Assembly (NCBI GenBank): GCA_977862235.1
Contig: OZ374557.1
Location: 1,116,001-1,180,000, forward strand
Direction of reading: 5' to 3'
Length of the DNA stretch: 64,000 bases
Source of the DNA: Dudresnaya verticillata
Taxonomy: Eukaryota
The position numbers and the translations under genes are program-made. Below are positions 12,261 to 25,200 of the stretch, piece after piece. Within the stretch, counting starts at the first letter, position 1. Every line of letters starts with the position of its first letter. The notes beneath the pieces are model-generated. The model was not told where the DNA came from. It saw only the letters and a program-made list of their open reading frames with translations, and did no database searches.

Positions 12261-15200
12261 TATTGAGCGAGGGCAAAGGCCGCAGAGGGCTATATTGTAG
12301 ATGAGATTGGGCTGGAGTGGTAATCGGTCAAGCGATGTCGCTAGTACTTGTCGTTCCAGAGATAGAAGCAGGTGTCGAGGAGGAGCAAATGGGGCCGGAT
12401 GGTATGCATGGGGATCGGAGTTTCCGAGCCCTTGTTCCGTTTCACACGTGACGAAGAAGATTTCTGGCATATTCCTTTTTGGTCTGAACAGCCGCTCCCG
12501 TCGCGTTTTCTTGTGGTTGCATAAAGACCGAGGTACACCTGCATTCGCCAACCGTGACGGTGGATGCCTTTGTACGCATTTCGCGATCTGGGCGCACTTA
12601 CGGTTCCTCAGAAATGTTCCCAGAGCCCAACAGCCGAAGCCAACCGCTCTGGCTGACTTAGTGTGACACTGTGTACCTTGGACAGCTGGCGTGGAATTTA
12701 TTTCACGGTTACCTTTCGGAGTGATCCTACATCTGTACCAGCGAGGCGCCGCCGGGGAATCTAAAACGACCTCGACCCCTGGGGCGCTCGAGGGAACAAA
12801 TAGAGAAGGACCGAGGGAGCTCCGCCCACTCCCTCGAGGGCACCGAGTTGTTACCCTGTCTATTTCGGCAACCGAGCTTGTCTTTAACTCGAGACAACCC
12901 CCCATTTTAACTTCCTTCGCCATTCGTCGCGCCCTCCCTACGCTGCGCTGTGCCGACATTATCGGCTACTAACCGTATTACTGCCGCTCTCTGCCGTCAT
13001 GTGGCTCACAGTTATGGGCCCGGGAAGGGACATGCCGAAGAGAAAGAGTCTCGTCGATCCGCCAAGGTTCTCGTCTGAAGGCGAGCTTCAGCTTGGCGTA
13101 AACGTGTTGGCAAATGGGCTGATCTCATTAAGTTAGCCCATGACACAGGAAACGATCGTACCTTCCACACGACCTTCAAAATACTCGGTCTTACACTCTA
13201 CGAGAGAGGGCTACCGTCTGAGCAGCAGTCCATTGTGGATGAGTCTCAATCTAAGGGTCTCATCGACTACATGCAGACCCAAGATCGAGTCAAATCTGTT
13301 CACGACATCGTGAAGGTCGCTGCCGCGGACCCTCCTATTTGCATGGTTACCCGCTTGATCACGTCTTTTAACAAGTTCACTACTTGCCGTCGTCGTAAGG
13401 AGGAGGAGGTTACCATTTTTGCATCTCGATTCCGTGGATTGGCCGCCGATCGTCTCCAGTATGCTCGGGGCTCTAAATCTTCCCAAATTGGTGAGGTATT
13501 GGCCATAACGCTCCTGAACAATTGCACCTGGATGAAACTATTCTTACGAATGCTAAGATACAGCTGATATCGCATGCCGAGTCTCGATCCAAGGAAGATG
13601 AAGGTAATAAGACCGCTGAAATCCTAAAGAAGTTCTTCGATGACATACGTGAAGCAGTTAACCCGTTCAACGACCACGAGGAAAGTGAACTTTCCCGTGA
13701 TAAGACGGACGAGTACAGGGCCTTCCTTAAGACGCTTCTTATTATGTGCCTTGCAATAGCTCGGAACCTATCTGCATCGCTTGCAGCCCTCCCGGATGCG
13801 CAGATAGCTACTCACTCAGTTTCGGAATTATTCATGTCCGTCTAAAAGAGTTGCAAAATCCATCATGATGATGCTGTATCTGTCCTCTGAAACATTACCC
13901 AATCGGTCGGTTCATCAAGCACTCGACATTCACCCGCAAGCAGGTTCAGGTTATGGTGGACAAAACGTTCACCAAGACCTTCTCACATCTCAAGTAGAGG
14001 ACAAGCCAGGTCGTAACAAGTCTGGTGGATCGTTCCAAGCGCCAGGATCCGGTAACAAGAAAAAAGGTGGTTCTTCAAACAATAAAGGAAATCGGGTCGT
14101 GGTACCAAGCGAGGTAACTTCGTTTGCTACGACTGTGAAATGGAAAATTACCACTATCGTGGTCATGATTCTTGCCTGGAACCTACGCCTTACACGAAGA
14201 AGAAGAAAGACAAGCATAATGCTGCTGAAGATTGTGGTGTAGTGCAAACGCACGCATTTCCATAGTGGGCAGCTGGCCTTACTTTCCTTCACGAGACGAG
14301 AGCGACGCTACCTCCACGGGGTGGTAGAGCAGTTCGCACCGACAGGGAGAACAGCGAGTGGCTAACCGAAACGGATATTGGGAAGCAACAGACAAGGGGG
14401 TGGTACAAGTGCCGGGACGGATACCATAACGGTGGTGGTGGTAGCCCGCAACGGGCTCGGCGCGAGGAAAACCGTACAGGAAAGGGCTACAGTGGGATTG
14501 AGGCTCAAGAGTTTCTTGCCCGTTTACCTTAGGATCCGCTGCGATGCCGCCCTGATATACAAATCAGGGTGCCACCGAGCGGTCCGGTCCGTGTGGGTCA
14601 GACCCTAAGGGTCCGCACCCGTGGTGGAATCGGCCCTGCTGGTCCCAATCTCCGACACGGACATGCGCAGCATTCTCATTGGCTGGAGCAATACTCTACA
14701 CACTGTACAGATACTCACGAAAATTAAAGAATAAATACTACAAATACTCCGCTACGGCTGGTGCGCTCCACTTACGGCACAGCAATGCGTACCAGCGCAT
14801 AGTAATGCGCACAACACCAACACGGTTCCACGTTGCCCGATCATCAGGTGGCGTATTTCCACATCACCCGTTACGGTTGGCTTGCCGTCGGCGCACCGCA
14901 GGCGCGCCACGGGTCACTTCACCATAAAAACCCGAAGAAAGACAAAACAGAGCCGAACCCTAAATTTTTTCGGAACGGCTCCGGTTCCAGCGGAAACAAC
15001 AAAGCTTGATTGCTGGTCGCGGAGCCAAGTCCGAAGTCCTCCACCGGGAAAATGATCTAATCGCGATCATCGACCCGGGTTGCCCCAAGAGTATTGGGGA
15101 ATCGAGTCTGCTCGAGCACTTTGTCGCGCCATTGGTATTATATTTCATCTTCGCGATATGGACTGTGTCCAATTGATCCACGGATATGGTAAGGACTGTA

Positions 15201-16660
15201 GCGAGGCACAAGTCACCATTGGCATATGGGACCTTCCGCTCTCCGACATTTCCGGAACCACTACCAATATCCCCTTCTACGTCACTCTCGGTGACGGACT
15301 CATTCTTCTTGGTAACGAGATCCTCCACCAGTCGTATCAACTAGGCTCTGATAACTTCCTTGTAATTCCTCCACATGTTCGAGGTCTTTCGGACCACGAA
15401 CGTATATTCGAAACCTACTGCGAGTCCACCGGATCATCCGACCAAAATCCCGTGCGGACATACTTCTTCGTAGTTCCGTGCAAAACATCTTCCTTTCAGG
15501 CACTTTTCCGCGAAACATTCTTTCGCAGCAAGAAAACCAAGTCGGGAACAACTCTGCAAAAAAGTGTTCCATAGGAAAAGTTGTAAGCCGTTTCGCTCGG
15601 ATACTGCATGGATATACGCATCTTCACAAAGAGGATATGCTTCTCCTTTGTGAGAGGGCAGATGCGTTGAACCCCGTCATGCGTCAGGCCTTTCATGCGG
15701 CCTTTGAGAAGTGCACTTCCTGTAGGAAGAATGGGAGACCGCTCTCATACCGCAAGGTTTCCTTCTCGCGCATCATTGTTTCGTTTAACCACCATGTCCA
15801 AGTCGACTCCCTGTTCATAACGGAGGCGGACCCGATCCCGACCTCAACATAGTCGACGTACACACAGCATTTTCGGTTGCCGTTCCGTTGCCCAAGCGGT
15901 CGATGGCCCTTGCGGCGAAACACTTCGAACGCAGTTGGATCAACGTCCAAGAGGCACCCAAGGAGCTTTCAGAAGACCTGGAACTTTTCAATGCTGTCTT
16001 TGGGGATGCACCCCGATACTTTGGAATCAGCTTCCAGCCCGACCTGCGCGAAGACACAACAAGCTCGGAGTTGTCGAGCGAAAGAAGTCAGTCCACCTCC
16101 TTCTTTGTCAACGATTTCTCCATGATACGGAATACTTCTCCAACAATAACGGTACAGTTGTTGACAAGGGTAGGGTCGTGTCTCGTGCTTCGTTCTTGAG
16201 CAACATCTTATACGGAAGTCGATCAGTCAGTAGTTTCGAAATCGTGCGTGGCTACATTCCCGCCCTTCTTGGTCTTCCTCAGTCCCGCATTTCTGATGCA
16301 TTCATAACATCACATGAAGAACAAGTTGCCAGAAGGGCGTTGAAGGCTGTGGAAAAGGGCCGAAAACCACATGTGGTCCGAAGGCACCAGATCCCTCGTG
16401 ATACTATGGTGTATTACTTCAAACGAGGACCAAAGGTCGGGACATGGGAAAAAGGCTATGTCAGAGCCGCAGAGGATCAGTTCGCGGTCATCTCAAGCAA
16501 GGCCAAGCACAAAGGCGATCCCGTACGAGCTGCCTATGAAGATGTTGGAATAGCTCCCACCTATTCCTTAATCCAGGAGCTGGACTCGGCTAACTTCTTT
16601 TTCCCGCGCTCTTACTCAATTCTGGACGAGGATACAGAAATCTACCAGTTCTCTTGAGAA
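12261..16660 (+). mobile_element. Decayed copia-order LTR element, GalEa-like: 5' LTR, PBS, gag, protease, integrase; RT absent
   Basis: Putative LTR TATTGAGC...GCTCACA (12261-13010); PBS GTTATGGGCCC (13011-13021); gag with CYDC knuckle-like motif; protease IIDPGCPKSIGG...LLGNE; integrase LHGYTH...CTSC, FNHHVQVDSLF, HNKLGVVERK. The GalEa clade call is from recalled similarity. Confidence 0.8.
14233..14926 (-). repeat. Solo LTR (gypsy-like termini) inserted between gag and protease
   Basis: Inverted homolog of 38210-38882; ends TGTGGTG...CACCATA. Flanks AAGAT/AAAAC are not a clean TSD. Confidence 0.8.
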
Positions 16661-16849
16661 CCAATTCCGCCACTCTTCCCTGACCTTCAAGGCAATTCGG
16701 GACATGAGATCGAAAATGATGCAGATGAGCAAGCTGAACTTCCTCATGTGCCTCCCAGCAGTATGCTGGACCAACCCGACCTCCCAAGTCTCCCGATCGT
16801 AGACGGGAGGGAGGCTGACGCTGAAAGCACAGCCTGATCAGGCTCAGAT

Positions 16850-17131
16850 AAGTGAAGGAGCAGCCATTCTCGTGGCTCCGGTGTTCCTAGAAACGGATGC
16901 CAAAGATATATTTGCCGCGAACTTCGATCTGCTGGGGGTGACAAAGGTGGATTCACCGAGTGGGTCGAGACAGTCGACGACCTTCTTCGCACGTATGCCA
17001 AAGATGTCTATATCGAGACGATAGTCTCTGAAATGGACACGATGGCACAGGAGCCGGAAGAAGAAGAATTCACCTTCTCACGACGATTGCAAAAGAAGGC
17101 GCGACGATTCACGGGGGTCTACACAGAGTAA
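16850..17131 (+). pseudogene. Ty3/gypsy gag fragment
   Basis: My translation SEGAAILVAPVFLETDAKDIF / GGFTEWVETVDDLLRTYAKD...QEPEEEEFTFSRRL aligns with SEAQAFIALPYFLRGNAATQF...GGVSSWSEAVQYLLRTYATP...QNTGESETRFGMRV of the gag at 41012. Confidence 0.8.
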
Positions 17132-18240
17132 TACGTAATAAAATGCTTTATTAATGTCTAGTACCCACGGTAAAGCCGCTTTTAAGACCTACCTCTCTGG
17201 ACCCATAGACAACCGGTTTGGAAGATAATATCGAGCTCGCCACCGCCCAGGGAGATTCTCACGGTGCACTATTCGGCAAGGACGGAGCGAAGAAAGCCAC
17301 CACGACGCTGCTGCGGAAGACCGTCGCGAAGGTACGGACTCACAAGCCTAGTCGTGTACTTTTCATTTGCCAATCGCGGTGATCCGGAGTATCCGATTCA
17401 GATTCTTCAAGGAGCAGTGGCTCTGTCTCGTCTGGTCAGCGGTAGACACAGGCGTGCGCGGTCAGGAGAGTCTGCCGCGAACTCCTGCGAGGACCGTGTG
17501 CGATGACAGGGGCGTAAGCGGGGTGAAGGGGCGGTGGAAACTTGGGAGTGGAGTGGGCGTTTACGGCTAGTAGAGAAGGGCTTTGGACATCCTCCACAGC
17601 TAACGTAGCGTACTCGTGTCTACGCTACTATACCTCTCTTTCGTCATACCTGTGGGGTTTGGTCGGGTGCACCTGGGGCGCTTGAAGGAGGCTGCGGCTG
17701 GGCGCGCGGTCGTACAACGGCGCCGACGGTCCACTGTAAGGTATCGTACAGTGGCCGTTGCGTCAATGCTGTAAATTGGGCTCAACGCGACACTCTCCCT
17801 GTTGCAACGCTCGGCGTCGTCGGGAAGCGCCGTGCGGATCAACGGGATACTCCAAGGTGCCCTTTTTAGGTCCCGGAGGGCGCAGCTAGAGTCCACCCGA
17901 TGTTCGTCCTTCTCCTTTTGTAAGATACTGTAATGCGTACGGATCCAATGAGTACTTCAAGGATCTTCCGCCCGGTGTCCTCCCCCTCCAGCCATCAATC
18001 ATCACCACTTCCATCCCCGTAAAGGAACCACACCATCTCATATGATAGCATCGACCTGAGGCAAGACTACTTCAGTCTCTCAGTTGCGCTGTACAAAACT
18101 TTCTAGAGCTTGCGGATCAACCCCGCTAGAAGACTTTCGCAAGAAGACCGTCGACCTTTCTGATCTTCTGGCTTTCGTGTGCTTGTTGACATCGTCCAAC
18201 ACACGATAATTTCCCGACCCGACCAACCCCACCCCTCAAC

Positions 18241-19710
18241 ATGACCGATCCCACTCCGCTCCCTACGAGCACTGGATCAAGCCCTTCAGTCGCTGAGGCT
18301 TTCAGCTCGGAGGCTGACCTCATTTGGCAACTCTTGGAACGTGACCGCATCCTTTCGGACCTCGTCCCATTCTGGCCAGATGAGAACGCCGTTTCCCTCC
18401 TCGACAAGATCATTCCGCCGCATGACCCATACGCCGGTCCGATGCCGATTGGGTTTGCCTACTTCATCGTCAAGGATCTACGTTCCATGCCACTCGAACA
18501 CCGCACAAGTCGTGTCTCGAAATTCATCTCTAAGGGTTCCCTCAAGGACTACCACGAGACTTTGGAGTCGATTCTCCATTCGTTCATCATCGTCTACTGC
18601 AACAGTGAGCGTACAAGCACCCGTCGCTAGACGGGACTGCAATGTATTCACGATACAGTGGATGGCTACGACCTGTATCTCGAATCTGAAGATACCGCGA
18701 CACCGGAAGACGAAGAAATTGTCGATCCGATCCCGACCGGGAACTTCAAGGCTAAGTTCGAGGAAGCCCGCCTACCCGACCATGGTCAGGAAAACAGTAG
18801 CAAACCTACCCCGAGCTCCACCGATACGAAAAAGAACTCCAATGAGAGGTACAGCAGCTCGGTTCCCGATCTGCAGAAGAGCATTCAGGCAATGACATCT
18901 CTATATCCTTCCGAGTCGCGTATCACTGGAGAAGAGTCCGAGACTTTCAACGTTAAGCTTGCGCCGATAGTTCAGCAAGTGGAAGCGCTCCAAAGCGCCT
19001 CGGAGCACCATCCGACAGTGTTGTTTTCACTTCTGCAAGGAAAAGCTCGCGAAAAAGCTTCGATGATACCGCTCCACAAAACCACTCTGGATTCCTTCGT
19101 CGAAGACGTCTCCAAGACCCTACTTTTTGATCCGGACATTCAAGAAAGACGCGTCACCCGTTGGAATAACCTCAAGTACTCCGATTTCCGCTCCAAGGCA
19201 TCTAGTGAAGAGGAAGCTACACGAGAGTGCATCAAGCACATCAAGAACCATCAGCTCGATCTTCCGTTGCACCTGCGTTCCGAGCAGCTCTTACTCTCCC
19301 ACCTTCGAGAGATATTCCGATTCATCCCCTGGTGTGAAACACTGTATCATCGCAGATCCCTCATGTAAACGCCAGCATCTTTTGGGAGCAAGCTCATCCC
19401 CGCTGCGTGCAACTCGGATCTTCGCATTAAGAACACTGGTAGCAGCTCGAAGGCCATAAGGCCTTACCACGTCTACCAGCCAGCGTCTTCAACCTCTCAG
19501 CAGCCGAATCACGGAAATGCGCCATCCCACGCGTCAACATTAGCAGCATTCTTTGCCAAGACACCTCCACCACCGCGTCACCGCAGGCCGCACCGTTATC
19601 AAGGCCACCGCTACCTCTGATATGGCAGTAGCTATGATAACCGACGACCGACATACCCACCGCAATATGGACAACGACATTCATACAGCTCTAGCCCGTC
19701 ATACCACTCG
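18241..19710 (+). pseudogene. Gag-like pseudogene of a GalEa-type copia element
   Basis: ORFs 18241-18630 and 18658-19368 share a frame, separated by a stop. LYPSESRITGEESETFNVKL...LLQGKA...RWNNLKY...QLDLP...RSEQLL...PWC resembles gag of fungal/algal GalEa copia elements (recalled similarity). Confidence 0.65.
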
Positions 19711-19777
19711 AACTACCTTGAACTACCTCGAACTACCTCGAACTACCTCGAACTACCTCGACACATCGAGGTAGTTC
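19711..19777. repeat. Five tandem AACTACCTCG decamers plus one inverted copy (hairpin)
   Basis: 19711-19760 tandem; GAACTACCTCGA-CACA-TCGAGGTAGTTC at 19750-19777. Confidence 0.95.
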
Positions 19778-20762
19778 CCAGACACCAAACCCGGGAGCAT
19801 AAATGCCACAGTTTCACTCTCTTGGTTGGCAGTAACAGAAGCTTTTCGAATAGCTTGACGAGAGTACCGACAGAATAGATTTATTGCTGTTTGTGTTTCT
19901 CTGGACGTCACAAGCCTTTGCCTCTTTCTTGCAGTCCCTTTCGTGACGAAGAGGTCCCTGTCATAGCTTGGGCGCCTGTACTTGGATTCCTCCACCTGCT
20001 TTTGTGAAGACAGGAATATTCATCACGACGGCCATAGTCAGACGTGCCGCAATCAGCGGAGAAAATGTTCTTCTCAGACGAATACGTGTCAGTTTCAAAG
20101 GGTCCTTTAGGCAATCTTTGCTATTCGTTTGGAATTAGGCAGCGAAGGAGGGAATCCGTAAGGCGAAAGACTGGGAAGGAAACCAAAAGAAGAAAGGGGC
20201 AAGCTTGGCGTAGGCTGGCTTACCTTTGTTTCCTCCAGCCCAGAGGGGCAACTGCTAAATAGACTACAGGGCCTGCGGAGGAACCAATCCGGGAGGTTCG
20301 CCGGCGCGCCGCGATACGCGTCGACGCGTACCGGTAACGGTAACCCAGCGCGTGTGGGCGAAACGGTCCACATGTACCCAACGGCTCGACGCCGGAGTGC
20401 GCGCGCGCGTGTCACGCCCTGAACGGCTCTACGCCGGAGTGCGTGCGCATGGTGTGCAGGAAAGCAAGGCGTTCGACTGCCTCTTACACTAGTCCGTACT
20501 GTAAACTACAAAAATAATAAACGTAAAAATTACACGGGAGTGTCAGTGTCACACGCGTACGTGCGTACGCGCGGGCGCTACACCGCACTTCCATACAGTT
20601 CAACGGCGCTTCAGCGCCACCGGCTGACAGCGTGCGCACAGCGGTGCACACGTGGAGCAGCTGGTCTTACAGTTGCGCAGGTGTGGCACATCTGGTCATA
20701 CATCTATGCCACAAAAGGTTCTCAGGATATCAGCACTCCGATCCTGGTCTCATTTGTGATAC

Positions 20763-21714
20763 TTGTATTGTAAAGTAACTGTCCACGCCCGGAAGCTATG
20801 TGAAGTTGATCCTGTTCTATACAAGTTTTGTACGAAACTTATTCTTACAATCAATCAGGCGCGATTTCATCGACGAAATGTGGCAAAGCTGATCGCAGGA
20901 CTCTGCTCTGAGCACCATTCTGCAGCGAATATATTCTTTTTGGACTTCGATGCCAACCTTCCTGAGACGACAAAGGCATACCATGAGTTTTATGGACGAG
21001 CAATTACAGAAGAAGAAGAACATGAGCTGGATCCTAAAGATACTGGGATATGCTTGCCCGGGCGTCCCAGGTATCGCAAGATTGTAACATTCGAGAATTA
21101 CGAGCGTCACTACTGCTGTAAGCAGTACCCAAGCTCGCAACGATTCAGTCCTGGAATATTAACTGTTCAATTGCGTGTGCAGTCACCCCAAGTGTATAAG
21201 ATCCAAAGTCATGACGCACCCAGAATCAACAGCTCTTGCGCTAACATCCGTGCTATCACACTTTTTAGGTTCCCCACGCATTATTTACTACGACAACCGC
21301 TACCTAATGACGCCTGCGTTAATGAGCGTTCCCTGGTTTCTTCATCTATCAGGCCTGATGGTTGATCGATTCCACTACAGCGGTAACACATGTTGTGCAT
21401 TCCTCGACGCCAACTATTACAAGTCGAATGACAACCAGCGGAGCACAGCAACAGAAGCAATCAATTGGCGGTTGCAAAAGTCCGTCCAGTTCCTACAATT
21501 TGTTAGTGGGATACATCTGGTCCTATTCTTACCTTCTCGTCTTTCAATGCTCAAAATAGCGTCCGCTGGACGGGAAAGGCTTGGAGTTGGTGACTTCGAA
21601 GACGTGGACTTGATGCAGTTCTATCAGAGTAACTACAGTTGCAGGTGCGCCGCTTGCGGTCTACCGCCGAAGGAAGAGGATGTTGAGCTTCTGGAAGACA
21701 TATCAGGAATATAA
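20763..21714 (+). pseudogene. KDZ transposase C-terminal fragment (frameshifted)
   Basis: CCKQYPSSQRFSPGILTV / CSHPKC...ES...PRIIYYDN...VDRFHYSGNTC...ATEAIN; clearly paralogous to 35900-36730. Confidence 0.85.
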
Positions 21715-21930
21715 CTTGCTGATTCCGGGCCGGAGAATTCAGATTCCTCCACTGATTCAGCGACGGGCTCGGATATGGAATCAGAGTTGTGACAATTTGT
21801 ATAGAAGTACAAGGGGAAAGATCGCGGCACTGCGCGCCGTGACGTCCCTGGAGCCCTTTACAGTTTCGCAAAGTAGTTCTCTGTGTGCAGATGGTACAGA
21901 TGTGAAGATTTGACAGGGGGTCTGGAGGTG

Positions 21931-22030
21931 GCAGTTTGTCATTTTGACAGGGTGCCTGGCCACAACTTGCCAGTTTGTCATTTTGACAGGCTGCCTAGAC
22001 TTACCATTTTGTCATTTTGACATGTTGCCT
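21931..22030. repeat. Three ~35-40 bp tandem units with palindromic core TGTCA-TTT-TGACA
   Basis: Units begin ~21931, ~21971, ~22005, each ca(g/t)tttgtcattttgaca...tgcct. Confidence 0.9.
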
Positions 22031-22213
22031 TAGTGTGCTTGTCCCGCATTTAGACAGTTTGTTTTTCCTCGGTGTTCCACTCTCCTATTTAGACAGGGTG
22101 TTTGTGTACCAGGCTGTCACGGCAGGGAATGTAAGGCTTCAAGACGATTTAATGCAAGAAAAAGAAGAAAGAGAACACATTTCGTCGTTCTGTAAGAGAA
22201 CGTCCAAGATGCA

Positions 22214-25200
22214 CTAAGATATGAAAGGAATTATCGACGCCTTTAAGAGGCTGTGATTTTCTAAATAGTAGAATAATCCATCATGTCTGCCTTCAACAAA
22301 GTCAACAGCCTCTGGGAGAAACAGGTTGCTGATGGCAACAGGCATATTATGGAATGGATGTTTGGGGTCGGATGTACGGTCTTCCTCCTTATGTGTTAGA
22401 AGAATATCGCCAGATTTCTTTGCTCGGGAGAGGGCAACGTATAACTGCCCTGGAGAGAAAAAGTTGGAACGCAGGTCGACGATCATTCTGCTTAAGCTCT
22501 GTCCTTGTGCCTTATGCACCGTAGCTCTGAACGCCAGACGGATAGGGAACTGGCTTTTCGTGACGCGAACTCCGTGAAATTCAAACGGAAAGTCTATGCG
22601 ATGTAACGCGAAGTATTCCAGTTCGCTTCCAAATTGACCAATCTTCGCAACGTAAACCATTCTGCGTGTATAGCGCTTGACAACAAACATTGCTCCATTG
22701 CAATGTGAGGGTGAAGAACTTTTCTGAGAACCATGACTGGAACACCGAGCTTAAGTTGTAGATCATGCGGCGGAACCCCTGTCGGCATATACCGAGACGT
22801 CATTTATGCCACAATATTGTTGCTGATAGGGTTGGAACTGCAGCCGCTGCGTCGGACCGTAACAATGCTGGTTGCTTACTTGAGTGAGAACATTGTTCCC
22901 GGGAATCGTTTCAAGCATTCCTCATTGTGCTCATCTACGAGCGCGTTGGTGGGACAAACAATCATGCGGTTCGGTTCCACATCCCTCGGATTTCGGGTTC
23001 TAGCCCACTACCAAAGACCTTCGTACGCTGCTGTCATATCGCCGGTGGATGAAAGAGGAAGCGGATGTCTGGCTGGGAACCTCCCAGTCGCGATACACAT
23101 CAACATTCTACTGAATCTCTGGTCTTCTGCGTGACGGATCTGCTGAGTAATGCGGAGGACATTCACACGGGGCCAAAGGGAGGAAGCCCACGAAAGTTCG
23201 TCTAAAAATGATACGTTAACGTAGCGTGTAGTCTCCTGTTCATCTTCCTCCAGTCTCCTTGACGGCACTACGGGGAGAAGCTGAAGATAGTTTCCCGCAA
23301 ACACGATACTCAAGCCTCCAAATAGCGACTTGTCGTGTGCGGAATCCGAGCTACTGCTGGTACCCCCACCACCGGTCCTTGAAAATCCCGGTCTCACTCT
23401 AAGGTGCTTCAGAATTGCGTCAACGTGCTCAAATAAAATGCGTTGCATCATTGAGGCCTCATCAACAATGAGAAGTGCCAAGTTTCGAAGCATCTCTGCG
23501 CTTTGCGAACGTGGCCCATACTTTGAAAGCTTCGCATGTCGCTCAGAACTGTCTTTGTCATCTACTACAAGACCAATTAAGCTGTGGAGTGTGCGCCCCC
23601 CTGAGTACAGTGATGCTGCAATACCTGTAGTCGCAGTAATCTCCACGTGCATTCCCTTGACCTGTGCCATGTCGCGTAGTAGAGAAAGAAGATAAGTCTT
23701 CCCTGTTCCAGCGTGTCCTTGTAAGGAGAATACTTTTCCATCTGTCCCTAGTGTGTCTTGCTGACGTCGTCCCATTAAGTTCGTCATGAGCCTGTCAAGT
23801 ACACGCTTCTGTTGCGAGTTTAAAGTACGGTACTTGTCCTCCAGGCGTGTTCGTGTACTCCTAGATGAAGAAGCTCGATTGATCTCGTTCTGTACCCTTT
23901 CAGTCTCCGTGGATCGTTCCTGAGAACTGACGAAAGAACGGAATGAGCGGTGATGCCTTAGTAGATGCCCGCCATGACGGCCGGATATCTCAATGAGTCT
24001 GCGGATAAGCTCGGCCTTGTTGCTAGCAGTAGAGCCCAGGTTAATATCGTATATCAAATAGTCCATGAGCCTCTCTAACATTCTATTTGGATGCCCCCCC
24101 TGCTAGTAAAGCGTCACTATCATGAATCGCAGGCTTCCAGGAGTTGAATGCATTCGCACTGCTTCATCGAAGGACCGATCATACTCATTTCCATCGGCAT
24201 AGAGACCCATAGCCACTGCTGCATCGCGGAACGATTCGTATCAAGTCCCTTCGAATTCTTTCCCATCTGCGAAGGAGGAGAGAGCCCTGTGCATGACGAT
24301 CACTCGGGGTGCAAAAATCTCGACATTGGCTGGTGAAACGAAGCGGATGCGTGCTACAGTGTCTTCATCGGACCCTCTTCTTACCATATATTGATTGGGA
24401 CGCCCATTGTCGCGTGGAATGTCTCCACTACGGGACTGAAGGCTTCGTGGAAGTGTCCTATAGAACTTAAACTCTTCCATGTAGTCAATAACGTTTTTGG
24501 ACCTGTACTGTGTCGGACGCTTGAAGTAGCGCAGTAACGGTGAGTACGACAACTGACGAGGAAGATTCAGGTTACGCATGACAATGTTTCATTCTCCTTG
24601 TAAGTGTATCTGATATGCAGAAACAGTAGGCTTTATCTTGACGTGCATGAACTCAAGTAGGGACCACGCCGCCTCTACTGCACCCCTCACTCTCGCGCAC
24701 ATGTGGAGTCGAATTTAATTGTGAATATTGTCCCTCGAGGGGTTTCTCTGTGTCCCGTCCCTGCCCTATTCTGCTCCGGTTCTTATGCTTACGTCGTGCA
24801 ACTTGGTTGGCTTGAATGTATACTTCATGGGGTATGCGACCGCTCCGCCACCTTGTGTGCGTTTAACATTGATGTGACAACGGTACCTTCGTGTTAACTT
24901 AGCATTGTGAGGCACAAATCGGAGATCTTCCGCTTCCCTCCGCCGATACACAACGCGATTTCATGTCTCATCAATGTATATGGAGGGAGTCACGACGTTT
25001 TGATTGTACCCGAAGCGGCATCTTCTGTCCCGCGTACGCCCCCTACGGTACGGAGAGTGCCGATGCATGTTCAACTTCTTGACTAAAGCTCGGAGTTCGG
25101 GATCATATTCCTCAGTCGGCAATTCTGCACTGATCATGGCGTCAACTTCATCCAAATCCTCCAGTAGTCCTCCCTCCAAGAATACCAACATGTGATTGTG

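Noticed and set aside
12213..12972. ORFs up to 248 aa
   Set aside because: Lie within the putative LTR; no motifs; likely spurious.
17132..18240. LTR(s) and PBS for the gag at 18241
   Set aside because: No paired termini, TSD or convincing PBS could be fixed.
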